A stretch of DNA of 64,000 bases, taken from the NCBI GenBank assembly GCA_963794535.1, contig CAWCEI010000012.1:56238-120237 (forward strand). Direction: 5' to 3'. The translations under genes were made by a program, and so were the position numbers. The stretch comes from an uncultured Actinomycetota bacterium (GTDB lineage Bacteria; Actinomycetota; Actinomycetes; Actinomycetales; CAVURS01). This document shows, in pieces, positions 19,434 through 29,070 of this stretch. How positions within the stretch are numbered: position 1 is the first letter of the stretch; every line of letters begins with the position of its first letter. The notes beneath the pieces are model-generated. The model did not search any database. It was not told where the DNA came from and worked only from the letters and a program-made list of their open reading frames with translations.

Positions 19434-20371
19434 TCAGGTGGTGATGCCCCAGGGGCCGAGCTTGTCCGGGTTGCGCACCGACCAGATGTGCTTGACCCGG
19501 TCGCCCTCGACGTCGAACGCCATGACGGTGATCGTGACGCCACCCTGTTGGACGACGAGGCCGGGCTGACCGTTGACCATGCGCTCCAGGAGCGACAGCT
19601 CGCCATTGCGGCGCCACACCTCGAGCAGCACGCCCGCCACCTGGTCTGCGCCGCGGATCGGCACCAGCGCCGCCGGTGCGCGGCCGCCGCCATCGGCGAT
19701 CGCGGTGGCGTCGGGGTCGAGCAAGCCGATCAGGGCTTGGATGTCCTTTGCCTCCCACGCCCGCTTGAACTCGCGGACGATGCCCGCCCGCTGACTGGTC
19801 GGCGTCGTGGGCACCTGTGACGTGCGGATTCGTCGGCGGGCCGACGACGCCAGCTGGCGGGCGGCCGCCGGTGAACGGCCCACGATCTCGGCCACTTCGT
19901 CGAAGGGGTAGCGGAAGACGTCATGCAGGATGAACGCGACGCGCTCGGCCGGGGTCATCGACTCGAGCACGACGAGGAAGGCCATGTTGACCGACTCGTC
20001 GAGCGTGACGCGGTCGGCCGGGTCGACGGCCGTCCCGGCCGTGGCGGCGCTGTGCCACTCGGTGGCGTCGGGCAGCGGCTCCGGGACCCATTCGCCGACG
20101 TACCGCTCGCGACGGGCTCGGGCCGACCGCAGCTGGTCCAGGCAGACCCGGCTGGCGACCTTCGTCAGCCAGGCGGCGGGGTTGTCGATGGCGGCCTGTC
20201 AGCGGTCGACATGGAGTACCAGCGGGCGTAGGTCTCCTGGACGACGTCCTCGGCCTCGACCAGCGAGCCGAGCATCCGATACGCGAGGTTGATCAGCTGG
20301 CGCCGCTCGTCCATGATCGCGCCGAGGCGCGGATCGAGCGGGGCGGTTGCTGGCTCAGAGTGTTCGCTCAT
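19434..20371 (-). CDS. ECF41 (SigJ-like) sigma factor with SnoaL extension (one frameshift)
   Basis: AYRMLGS..AEDVVQE, YVGEWVPEP, DGGG and NPDKL motifs. Confidence 0.92.
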
Positions 20372-20414
20372 GATGTCGTCGAGTCCCGTCGTCCTATTTA
20401 ACGTCACGACGTAC

Positions 20415-20441
20415 GACGACGCAGCCTGGCTAGATGTGACG
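20415..20441 (-). promoter_or_regulatory. ECF41-type promoter
   Basis: Minus strand reads CGTCACA-N16-CGTC, matching the ECF41 consensus TGTCACA-N16-CGTC, 44 nt upstream of the sigma start. Confidence 0.75.
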
Positions 20442-20594
20442 TCCGAACCCGACAGTCACGAGCCCGGTCGTGACGGCCATCAGGGGCGGCCCCGACTCCG
20501 GCGCCTGCTCGTCGATCTGACGGGCGAGCATCCAGAGCCCGAAGACGGCGCTGGCAATCGGCAGCAAGATGAAGACCACGGCGATGACCATCAC
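20430..20594 (-). CDS. Possible small single-TM protein (54 aa)
   Basis: GTG/ATG start; MMVIAVVFILLPIASAVFGLWMLARQIDEQ...GRHI*; below the ORF-track cutoff. Confidence 0.35.
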   Translation of the reverse strand: MMVIAVVFILLPIASAVFGLWMLARQIDEQAPESGPPLMAVTTGLVTVGFGRHI

Positions 20595-20719
20595 GGGCTC
20601 CGATCCTCGACGAGTCGAGAAGGCTGCCCCCGCGGCAACGCGACTCTGCTCCGGATCGTTGAACGGCCCCTGAGACCAGGCAGAACGTGCTCGTTCAGTC
20701 GTTGTTCAGCGGCCGACGA

Positions 20720-21436
20720 CTAAGGCGCCGTGGCGGCCGGACGTGGACGGCGGAGGCCGACCATGTACGGGAGGCCGGTGCCGGCGACGACCAGCGTCCG
20801 GCCGAGGCGGCCGAGGATCGACGGGCGCGGCAGCGCAGGGAACGAGCCCTCGAGGTCGGCGACGTCCACGTAGTACGACAGCACCGGACCGATCCCCTCG
20901 AGGTCCTGAGCGACCTCGCGCGCAGGAGCCGGCAGAGCAGTGTCTCCGGTCCGGTAGAGCTCCTCCGAAACCAGGACATACTCCGGGACCTCGACCGGGC
21001 TTTTCAGCAGCCGGTGCACCAGGATGACGTCGATTCCGACGAGCTTGCGCCGCTGCCTGATGGTCTGGGTGGCGACCTCACCGACATGCGCAACGAACTT
21101 GAGCTTGAGGTTGTTCGCCTCGTTGCAGCTGGCGCACGGACACAGGTTGGTCGCCACATACTGCCGCTCGACGTGAAACGCCCGGTGCATGGACATGGCG
21201 GCCTGAAGGGTCAGCGCGAGCGAGGCATCCCGGTCCAGCGTGTCGGCCGCCCGGGAGAGGAAGGCCGCGTCACCTTCGATCTCGATCAGCTCGAAGCCAT
21301 GTGCGGCATCGACCACCTTCTCCAGCAACCGTGCGGTGTTGACCTCGGCGTGGGCCAGGCTCATCCGGTGGGATCGCATGTATTCCGTGTAGCCGCCGAT
21401 GTCTGCGATCAGCAGGAGCGAACGACCGGACACCAT
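20720..21436 (-). CDS. Class III nucleotidyl cyclase-like protein (DUF2652-like)
   Basis: LLIADIGGYT, EIEGDA, CPCASC, LKFVAHVGE, GIDVILVHRLLK. Confidence 0.8.
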   Translation of the reverse strand: MVSGRSLLLIADIGGYTEYMRSHRMSLAHAEVNTARLLEKVVDAAHGFELIEIEGDAAFLSRAADTLDRDASLALTLQAAMSMHRAFHVERQYVATNLCPCASCNEANNLKLKFVAHVGEVATQTIRQRRKLVGIDVILVHRLLKSPVEVPEYVLVSEELYRTGDTALPAPAREVAQDLEGIGPVLSYYVDVADLEGSFPALPRPSILGRLGRTLVVAGTGLPYMVGLRRPRPAATAP

Positions 21437-21486
21437 GCGCGGACCCTACCAACGACCAGGCAGAGCTCAGCAGACGCGAAATCGCG

Positions 21487-23172
21487 CTAGCGAGACGGTG
21501 GTTCGACGTCTTCCTGCGGCGTAAAGCGGTCGAGCATCGACTCGACCGCGGAGCCCGCCTCTCGCGCGCTCGGCGTATAGCCCAGTACGACGGGCAGGAA
21601 GTGGTCGGACCGCAAGGTCTGGAGCCGGAGCTCGCTGTTGGCCCGCACCGTCGCCGTACGACGGATGCGCCGCAACAGCGCGATCTCGCCGAACCCCTCC
21701 CCCGCGCCAAGGGTGGCGACGACCTGTCCGTCCCCGATCACGTCGACCTCTCCCGACTCGATCACGAAGTAGCGGTCGCCGATGTCGCCCTGGCTGAAGA
21801 CGACCTGACCGGCGGGCACCACGACCGGCTCCAGGCCTCGGGCCAACCGCTCGATCGCGGGCAACGGCAACACATCCAGCATCGCCACGGCCTGCAAGAT
21901 TGCGATGTCGCGGTCGCGAACGTCGATCGTCCGGTCCAGCCGGCGCAGCCGCCGCCAGGACGCGACGGCGCAGACGGGACACAGCAGACCGACGATCACG
22001 AGGGCCGGACGTACGCCGAAGAGCCCGATCACCAGTGAGGTGACGATCGCGCCGACACCGATGAACAAAGCGACCAGGCTCTCCAGGACGCCGAAGACCC
22101 GAGCCAACACATCGTCGCCGGCCAGCCGGGCCAGCAGCGTGAACCCGCCGAGGTCGATCAGCGAGTTGCCGACCCCGACGAACGCGAGCAGGCCCAGCGC
22201 CACGGCCTGCTCCGGGAAGACGCCGATCAAGGTGACCGGGACGCCCCACAACGCCACGCCCGCGGCGTAGCACGCGCCGAGCCGCCGCGTGTCGACCAAG
22301 AGGGAAGCGCCCAGGGACCCCAGAACCGCCCCAGCCCCGACGGCGGCGTTGAGGATGCCCACCCCTGGCTCGCCGGTCTTCAACAGGTCGATCGCGACCA
22401 CCACCGTGAGCACGGTCAATGCACCCCGCGTGAAAGCCTGCGCTGCGGCGAGCCCCAGGATGAGGGCGATATCACGGCTGCGCCTGACCGCGGCAATGCC
22501 CGCAACGGCCGCCCTCAGCAGGCTGGTCTCGACCGGAGCGGCCGGTCGTGGCGGGGCGTCGTACGGCAAGCGCACCAGCAAGACGGCGGCCCACAGCGAG
22601 GAGCCGGCGGCGACCGCGAATACGACTGTCACACCGCTGAGTTCGAGCAGCAACGCGGCGAGCAACGGCCCGAGCAAGGTCGCCGTAGAGTCCAAAAGCC
22701 CCCGGACCACGTTCGCGCTGGCCAGCTCGTAGCCGCTGTGGCAGAGCGACGGGAGCAGCGCCGAGTGGGCTGGTCGGTACAGCGTGGCCGCCATCGTCGA
22801 GAGCACAGCCAGCGCGTAGACGATCGGCGTCGGACCGCCGACACCGACGACGACGGCCGCCGCACCGGTGACCGCCGCGCGCAGCACCGAGACCAGGATG
22901 AGCACCCGCTCTCGACGTCCCCGGTCGGCCAGCGGCGACAAGAGTGGCGCCAAGATCGCTGAGGGCACCATGCGCAGCAGTCCGACCAGGCCGACGGCGG
23001 TCGCTCCGCCATCGCGGAAGGCCACGATCCCGAGGCCGACGGTGAACGCCCACTCCGCCGTCCAGGCGCCCAGGAAGCTGAGCTGAGCCCGCCGCAGGTT
23101 GGGGTTCCGGGCGTTGCTGGCGAACGCTCCCCCGGCCTTGCGGAGCCGGCCCCGGACTCCATCACCCGCCAC
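21487..23172 (-). CDS. MFS transporter fused to a C-terminal cyclic-nucleotide-binding domain
   Basis: About 12 TMs with LADRGRR motif A; CNBD FSQGDIGDRYFVIESGEV...GEGFGEIALL...RTATVRA. Confidence 0.9.
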   Translation of the reverse strand: MAGDGVRGRLRKAGGAFASNARNPNLRRAQLSFLGAWTAEWAFTVGLGIVAFRDGGATAVGLVGLLRMVPSAILAPLLSPLADRGRRERVLILVSVLRAAVTGAAAVVVGVGGPTPIVYALAVLSTMAATLYRPAHSALLPSLCHSGYELASANVVRGLLDSTATLLGPLLAALLLELSGVTVVFAVAAGSSLWAAVLLVRLPYDAPPRPAAPVETSLLRAAVAGIAAVRRSRDIALILGLAAAQAFTRGALTVLTVVVAIDLLKTGEPGVGILNAAVGAGAVLGSLGASLLVDTRRLGACYAAGVALWGVPVTLIGVFPEQAVALGLLAFVGVGNSLIDLGGFTLLARLAGDDVLARVFGVLESLVALFIGVGAIVTSLVIGLFGVRPALVIVGLLCPVCAVASWRRLRRLDRTIDVRDRDIAILQAVAMLDVLPLPAIERLARGLEPVVVPAGQVVFSQGDIGDRYFVIESGEVDVIGDGQVVATLGAGEGFGEIALLRRIRRTATVRANSELRLQTLRSDHFLPVVLGYTPSAREAGSAVESMLDRFTPQEDVEPPSR

Positions 23173-23286
23173 CCCGCGACCGTACCGTCCGGGATGACTA
23201 GGCCGGCGCTGAGCACGCTTCGTGCGCGTTCGGGCTATCCACAACCCGTTTGGCCTAGTCACTTCAGGTAGTCCCACGATCTGCCG

Positions 23287-23559
23287 ATGACTACGACAGG
23301 GCAGGGAGCTGGGAGACGACCTGAGTCGTCAACAGCGGTCGATCTCGACTCCCTCACTGCGATTGGATCGGCCGTGGTCGCCATCACCGAAGACCTGATG
23401 CTCACCCTCCTGGGCTCCGGGCGCTCCCTGACCTGGATCACCGAGGTGTCCGGCTGGCCGGGTCGCCAGGTCCGGAACTTCGCCGGCAAGCACGGCTACC
23501 TCTTCACCCGCGAGGGCGCGCTCTACGTCCCGCCCGGCCAACCGCGCGAGCGCCACTAG
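23287..23559 (+). CDS. Small hypothetical protein, possible HTH
   Basis: 90 aa; GRSLTWITEVSGWPGRQVRNF resembles an HTH; strong GC3 bias in the 3' half. Confidence 0.55.
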   Translation: MTTTGQGAGRRPESSTAVDLDSLTAIGSAVVAITEDLMLTLLGSGRSLTWITEVSGWPGRQVRNFAGKHGYLFTREGALYVPPGQPRERH

Positions 23560-23568
23560 CCCGACAGC

Positions 23569-24030
23569 TCAGTCGAGGCAGAACTCGTTGCCCTCGGGAT
23601 CCTGCATGACGATGTGCCCAGCGGCCATCGGCGCCTCCGGCTCGTAGCGCCGCACCCGCGTCGCCCCCTGCGCGACGAGCCGGTCGCATTCGGCCTCCAG
23701 CGCCGTCATCCGCTCCTCGCCCTGCAGTCCTGGCGCGGCCCGGACATCCAGATGCACGCGGTTCTTGGCGATCTTGTCCTCGGGCACCTGCTGAAAGAAC
23801 ACCCGGGGCCGGGTCCCGTCCGGGTCTTCGATCGCCGACCTCGAGTTGCGCTCCTCCTCCGGGATGCCGACGCGGGCCAAGAACTCGTCCCACGCCGCGA
23901 GCGGGTCGGCGCCCGCCGCCAGCTCAACGCCCGGCGGCCCAGGATGGACATAGCCCAGGGCGTCTCGCCAGAAGATGGACAGGGCTCTCGGGTCGTGGGC
24001 GTCGAACGTCACCTGGAAGTCGCGGCTCAT
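23569..24030 (-). CDS. VOC (Glyoxalase_6-like) family protein
   Basis: QVTFDAHDP, KNRVHLDV, DPEGNEFC. Confidence 0.9.
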   Translation of the reverse strand: MSRDFQVTFDAHDPRALSIFWRDALGYVHPGPPGVELAAGADPLAAWDEFLARVGIPEEERNSRSAIEDPDGTRPRVFFQQVPEDKIAKNRVHLDVRAAPGLQGEERMTALEAECDRLVAQGATRVRRYEPEAPMAAGHIVMQDPEGNEFCLD

Positions 24031-24077
24031 CCTCCAGACGCTAGAACGCGGCACCGACAGCCCGCTTCGGTCCGGGG

Positions 24078-25133
24078 TCAGCTGACCTGCCGGATCCGCC
24101 AGAAACAGAACCAGGCGAGCAGACCGGAGAGCACCAGGACGACGCCGGTCTCCACGTACTGCAGCGGCCAGAAGTGGCTGGCCGGCTGGTAGACGATCCG
24201 TTGCCGGTAGCCCTCGGCGTTCATCCGGTCGAAGCAGGCGGCGACCTGGTCCCCGCCCTTGCCCTCGGCCGAGGACTGGACCTCGCCTCCGGGCTGCGGG
24301 GTGCCCTCGACCGCCGAGGGGATGGGCGGCACGATGCACTGGACCATCCAGGTCGGCAGCGCGGTGTAGTGACCGGCAGAGTTGACCGTGCGGTTGGACA
24401 GGATCCAGTCGCCGTGGCCTCCGGTGTTCAAGCTGATGGTGGCGTTGCCGCTCGGGTCGCCCGAGATGCCGTCCAGCCGGTCCATCGAGAAGGCAACGGT
24501 CTTCGTGACCGGTGGCCACAGATGCGGCCGGACCCAGAGCGGCATGGCGATCTGTACGACGACATAGACGACCAGTGTCAGCGCCATCGCCGGCACCGAA
24601 CGCCGCAACACCAGCCCGAGGGCCGCGCCGAGGACGACCGCGAAGACGACGTACGCCACGGGGACGATCCCGCGCATGGCGAAGGCCGATGGGTTCAGCC
24701 GGACCGGCAGGCTGCCCCGGGTGGCGCTCATCGCGCCGTCCACCGGACTGGACCACCAGGTGACGGCCAAGGTCAGGCCACCGACCGCGGCGGCGGCAAT
24801 GCCGGCGGTCAGCCCGAGTTTCGTTGCCAGCCAACGGTTCCGGGTCACGCTCTGGTTCCAGACCAGCCGGTAGGTGCCACTCTCGAGCTCACGCGCCACC
24901 AAGGGCGCGCCCCAGAACGCCCCGATCAGTGCGGGGGCAACCGCGAGCACCACGACGCCGCCGTAGAACAGGTCCCGCTCGAGCCGGCTGAGGTTGTCGA
25001 ACAGACTCCCGCCGAGGCCGGTCTTGTCGGCCACCCTTGGACCGGTGATCGCGAGCACGATCGCGGCGGCCAGCACTGCGCCGTACAGGCCGGCTGCCGA
25101 GACTCGCAGCTGTCGCCAGGTGAGCCAGGTCAT
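24078..25133 (-). CDS. ABC transporter permease
   Basis: MTWLTWRQ, GAPLVARELESGT, YQPASHFW; multiple TMs. Confidence 0.9.
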   Translation of the reverse strand: MTWLTWRQLRVSAAGLYGAVLAAAIVLAITGPRVADKTGLGGSLFDNLSRLERDLFYGGVVVLAVAPALIGAFWGAPLVARELESGTYRLVWNQSVTRNRWLATKLGLTAGIAAAAVGGLTLAVTWWSSPVDGAMSATRGSLPVRLNPSAFAMRGIVPVAYVVFAVVLGAALGLVLRRSVPAMALTLVVYVVVQIAMPLWVRPHLWPPVTKTVAFSMDRLDGISGDPSGNATISLNTGGHGDWILSNRTVNSAGHYTALPTWMVQCIVPPIPSAVEGTPQPGGEVQSSAEGKGGDQVAACFDRMNAEGYRQRIVYQPASHFWPLQYVETGVVLVLSGLLAWFCFWRIRQVS

Positions 25134-26020
25134 CGGATCACCTCCAGGGCCGGGTGGTCCACCGGTGGGGCCGATCGCTCCAGGTAGGCCAGCACGAGGT
25201 CCTCGAGGCCGAGACCGGTCACCGTCCAGGCGGGGTCGAGGATCGGCGCGGTCGAGCGCACCACCAGCGTGCTCTGCCGCTCGGTGTGGCTGCCCCAGAC
25301 GAGCTGCTGGTCGGCCGGGAGCCTGCTCTCGTCGCGCCGTGGTCCGGTCAGCCGATGATGGCTGGCGAGCAGCGTGTCGACCTCGCCCTCCACCTGCACC
25401 TCGGACTCGACGAGCACGACCAGGTAGTCACAGACCCGCTCGAGGTCGGAGACCACGTGCGAGGACAGCAGCACGTTGACATCGTGCTCGGCCACGGCCT
25501 CCATGAGGACCTGCAGGAACTCGCGGCGGGCCAGGGGGTCGAGGCTCGCGACCGGCTCGTCGAGCACCAGCAGCTCGGGCCGTTTGGCCAGCCCCAGGGT
25601 CAGGGCCAGCTGGGCCCGCTGGCCACCGGAGAGCTTGCCGGCCTTCTGCCCGGGATCCAGGCCGAGCCGTCGGATCCGGGACCGCGCCACCGTGTCGTCC
25701 CAGCGTGGGTTGAGCCGCGCACCCAGCCGGAGGTGCTCGTCGATGGTCAGACCGGCGTACGTCGAGGTGTCCTGCGCGACGAAGCCGACCTTGGCCAGCT
25801 GTTCCGCGCTGGCGGCCGGCCGCCCACCGCAGACCTCGATCTCGCCGGTCGTCGGCTGGAGCAGGCCGACAGCAAGGCTCAGCAACGTCGTCTTGCCGGC
25901 GCCGTTCGGGCCGACCAGCCCCGTGACATGGCCGGCCGGAATGCTGAGCGTGCAGTCGGAGAGCGCCCAACGGCCGCGATAACGCTTGCCCAGGGCCTCG
26001 GTTCGCAGGACGGCGGTCAC
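25130..26020 (-). CDS. ABC transporter ATP-binding protein
   Basis: GPNGAGKT, LSGGQ, LVLDEP. Confidence 0.95.
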   Translation of the reverse strand: MTAVLRTEALGKRYRGRWALSDCTLSIPAGHVTGLVGPNGAGKTTLLSLAVGLLQPTTGEIEVCGGRPAASAEQLAKVGFVAQDTSTYAGLTIDEHLRLGARLNPRWDDTVARSRIRRLGLDPGQKAGKLSGGQRAQLALTLGLAKRPELLVLDEPVASLDPLARREFLQVLMEAVAEHDVNVLLSSHVVSDLERVCDYLVVLVESEVQVEGEVDTLLASHHRLTGPRRDESRLPADQQLVWGSHTERQSTLVVRSTAPILDPAWTVTGLGLEDLVLAYLERSAPPVDHPALEVIR

Positions 26021-26406
26021 GCTATCTCCTCCTGGGCCAGGCGAAACGTGCTCGCGAAGAGCGCCTCGATGCTCTCGTCGTCGAGGCCGGCCAGGCGGGC
26101 TTTGCCCAGCCACCGGCGCAGCTCGCGGCGAAGCGGCTCGTGCGCCGCGTGCGAGGAGTCGACGAGCGAGCGGGTGACGAAGGTGCCGACACCCGGTCGC
26201 GCCGAGACCAGGCCGTCGCGCTCGAGCTCGCGGTAGGCCTTCAGCACGGTGTTGGGGTTGATCGCCAACCGCGCGACGACATCCTTGACGGTCGGGAGCT
26301 GGTCGCCTTCGTGCAGCAGCCCCAGCCGGAGCGCCTGCCGCACCTGGTGGACGACCTGGAGGTACGGCGAGACTCCCGACCGGCTGTCGAGCGAGAACTC
26401 GATCAC
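26017..26406 (-). CDS. GntR (YtrA subfamily) regulator
   Basis: PYLQV, LPTVK, NPNTVLKAYRELE, GVGTFV; short C-terminus; heads an ABC operon. Confidence 0.93.
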   Translation of the reverse strand: MIEFSLDSRSGVSPYLQVVHQVRQALRLGLLHEGDQLPTVKDVVARLAINPNTVLKAYRELERDGLVSARPGVGTFVTRSLVDSSHAAHEPLRRELRRWLGKARLAGLDDESIEALFASTFRLAQEEIA

Positions 26407-26414
26407 CACAACCT

Positions 26415-26442
26415 CCATTGATCTAGGTGACTAGCACAATGG
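26415..26442. promoter_or_regulatory. Candidate YtrA operator palindrome
   Basis: CCATTGATCTAG-GTGA-CTAGCACAATGG imperfect inverted repeat just upstream of the gntR gene. Confidence 0.6.
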
Positions 26443-26480
26443 AGTAACCGTAGATCGGACCGGTAGTTCGGTCAACCCCT

Positions 26481-27665
26481 CTAGACGCCCAGGGCCGTGA
26501 GCGGCGGGTTGGTGCCCGGCGGGACAGAGGTGGGGCTGTACCCGGCGTACACGTGTCCGCCGACGACGATCGGGTCCGCACCGCGCGCCGTACCGGGCAG
26601 TCGCTTCAGGAGCGCACCGCTCGCTGCGTCGTAGACCGCCAGCCCGCCGTAGTTCTCGCCGACGACGACCATCCCGTTGACCGACAACGGCGAGGTCACC
26701 GCACCGCTGTGGCTCCAGAGCGTGGCGCCGGTCGAGAGGCTGTACGCCGTCAGGGTCTTCACGCCGGCCTCGATGGTGACGTCGAAGAGCCGCGTCCCGT
26801 CCGTCGCCAGCGCCTGGTGCTGCCCGATTGCCCCAGGGAGGAAGTTGGTCTTGGCTCCGTTCGTCACGGCGAAGGACGTGATGCCCTGGCTCTTGCTCGT
26901 GACGTAGACCTTGCCTCCGACGATGAGCGGCGTGGCGAAGCCGTTGCCTGAGATCTTCGGCGCCGCAACGGGATTGGCCGAGGACGGCGGGACCGGAGCA
27001 GTCTGGACGAACTTGTACGACGACCACGCGGCGCCGTTGCCGTCGATCGCGGGAGTGCCGCCGCCGTTGGAGTCGAAGTCGCCCTGGCTCACGTCAGTCG
27101 TCGAGAGCAGCGCGCCGGTCGTGCCGTTGAGGATGTGCAGCAGGCCGCCGGCCCCGACGACGACCTTGCCGTTCGCCGTGCCCAGGCCACTGAAGCAACC
27201 CGACCCGTCGCCGCAGAAGGTCTCCACGGGGACGTTGAACGTGGTCGCGCCGGTCGATGCGGTGATCGCGCGCACCCGCGACCCGCCGAGCACGTAGACC
27301 GTGCCGCTGTCGAGCGTCGGGGTTTCGGGAACGCCCGCGACGGGCGAGGTCCAGACGGTGTGGCCGTTGGTGCCGTTGAGCCGCCGCAGCTTCGAGTCGG
27401 TGGTCACCACGTAGACCGCGCCGCCGCTGACGATGGCCTCGGTGCCTTCGACGCTCTGGCCCGGCGCGGACCAGATCGGCGCCAGATGGCCGATCGAGCT
27501 CTTGGTGACCACCGTCTCGTTGGCCGCTCGGCCGGTGCGCGCATCGTTGCCCCGCGCCGTAAGCCAGCTGCCGACGGGGGCCGCCGACGCGCTCCCGGTG
27601 GTGAGTGCTCCCGCCATCATCGTGGCCATCGCTACGACTGCGACGCTGCGACTCTTCGTCCCCAT
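26481..27665 (-). CDS. Secreted PQQ-like beta-propeller protein
   Basis: Signal peptide (ASA-A); repeated xTGxxxW blades; GGAG RBS. Confidence 0.85.
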   Translation of the reverse strand: MGTKSRSVAVVAMATMMAGALTTGSASAAPVGSWLTARGNDARTGRAANETVVTKSSIGHLAPIWSAPGQSVEGTEAIVSGGAVYVVTTDSKLRRLNGTNGHTVWTSPVAGVPETPTLDSGTVYVLGGSRVRAITASTGATTFNVPVETFCGDGSGCFSGLGTANGKVVVGAGGLLHILNGTTGALLSTTDVSQGDFDSNGGGTPAIDGNGAAWSSYKFVQTAPVPPSSANPVAAPKISGNGFATPLIVGGKVYVTSKSQGITSFAVTNGAKTNFLPGAIGQHQALATDGTRLFDVTIEAGVKTLTAYSLSTGATLWSHSGAVTSPLSVNGMVVVGENYGGLAVYDAASGALLKRLPGTARGADPIVVGGHVYAGYSPTSVPPGTNPPLTALGV

Positions 27666-27780
27666 GACTACCTCCCGGCTGGCGGCAGGCCCGGTCAGCC
27701 CACCGGCTCACGACAAGAGTCTGGTCACGTGCCGACAGATACATCAAGGTCCGCGCGGTATCAGGACAGGCGGCCCACGA

Positions 27781-29001
27781 TCAGTGCAGGGTGTCCTCCA
27801 ACGGGGCGGATCGGGCGACGATCGTCCCGAACACGCCGATCAGAACGGCCAGCCCGATGAGTACGACGATGGGCAGGGTCCAGCCGCCGCTGGCGTCGTG
27901 CAGCAGCCCGGTCCCGAACGGACCGAACCCGGCAATGAGGTAGCCAACTCCTTGCGTCGCAACGGAAAGCGCAGTGGTGCCGGCCGGCGTACGGCTTCGG
28001 CGGGCGATCATCGTCAGGGTCCAGGTGAAGGCGCCGCCACCGACGCCGAGCAGGACCGACCACAGCCACGGGACGCTGTCTGGGGCGACCAGGACGCCCA
28101 GCCAACCAGCGGCCGTCGCGCCGGCGAAGGCCAACGGCAGGTACGGACGATCGCCGACCCGGGCCATCAGCCACGGCAGGCACAAGGCGATCGGGATCCC
28201 GACGGCGCTGATGACGCCGAGGAGGGTTCCGGCGTACCCGGCCGAGACCCCGCTGTCGGTCAGGATCTCCGGGAACCAGCCGAACTGGCTGTAGGCGCCG
28301 GCCGACTGTGCCGCGAAGACCAGCAGCATGGCCCAGGCCAGCCGCGAATGGGCCAGATCCCGGAGCGAAAGCCTTCGCTGCGAACCGATTTCGCTGTGCA
28401 CGTCGTGTCTGAGCAGTGCCAGCCACGGCAGCAGGGCGGCGACCGAGAGGATCGCCCACAGTCCGACGCCGGACCGCCAGCCACCGAAGGCGTCCGACAA
28501 CGGCACCGTCGTCACCGAAGCGACGGCTGCGCCACCCATGAGCGCCGCGCCGTACAGGGCACTCATCGCAGCGACCCGGTCGGGGAAATGCACCTTGACC
28601 AAGGGCGGGAGGATGACATTGCCGACGGCCGCTCCGGCCAGGCAGATGACGCTGCAGAGCAAGAACAGCGTTGCGTTGTGTACGACGGACCGGGCGGCCA
28701 GCCCCAGCGTGACCAACACCAGGACGAGCACCGCGGTGCGATGCAGACCGAGCCGTCGGACCGTGCCGGCCGAGCCGACGCCGAAGACCGCGAAGCAGAG
28801 CACCGGCAGCGTCGTGAGGACGCCGCCAACCGTGACGCTCATCCCGAGGTCGCCGCGCACGGATGCGAGAACGACGCCGATGCTGCCGACGGCGACCCGG
28901 AGGTTGGCCGCGAGCAGGATGATCGCCGCGCCGACGAGGACCCGACCGCCGGTTGTGGGCGCTTCGGCAGTCGTCGGAGACGAGGCGCGGGCAGTCGTCA
29001 C
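27781..29001 (-). CDS. CynX/NimT family MFS transporter
   Basis: LLAANLR, GNVILPPLVK, LSVATQGVGY. Confidence 0.9.
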   Translation of the reverse strand: MTTARASSPTTAEAPTTGGRVLVGAAIILLAANLRVAVGSIGVVLASVRGDLGMSVTVGGVLTTLPVLCFAVFGVGSAGTVRRLGLHRTAVLVLVLVTLGLAARSVVHNATLFLLCSVICLAGAAVGNVILPPLVKVHFPDRVAAMSALYGAALMGGAAVASVTTVPLSDAFGGWRSGVGLWAILSVAALLPWLALLRHDVHSEIGSQRRLSLRDLAHSRLAWAMLLVFAAQSAGAYSQFGWFPEILTDSGVSAGYAGTLLGVISAVGIPIALCLPWLMARVGDRPYLPLAFAGATAAGWLGVLVAPDSVPWLWSVLLGVGGGAFTWTLTMIARRSRTPAGTTALSVATQGVGYLIAGFGPFGTGLLHDASGGWTLPIVVLIGLAVLIGVFGTIVARSAPLEDTLH

Positions 29002-29070
29002 GCGTCCATTGTCCTGCCCCCTGCGAACTGGATCCGCAGCAGACCCCAACGGTTCCCTAGGCTGGCCTGC

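Noticed and set aside
20720..23172. Calling the cyclase/CNBD pair a bona fide Pycsar system
   Set aside because: The effector is a full MFS carrier, not PycTM or PycTIR, and there is no defence-island context; kept only as an analogy
27433..29070. N-terminal 546 aa of the 1469-aa ORF as a giant fusion to MalT
   Set aside because: It is the antisense shadow of the CynX MFS and beta-propeller genes; MalT homology begins at about 29071
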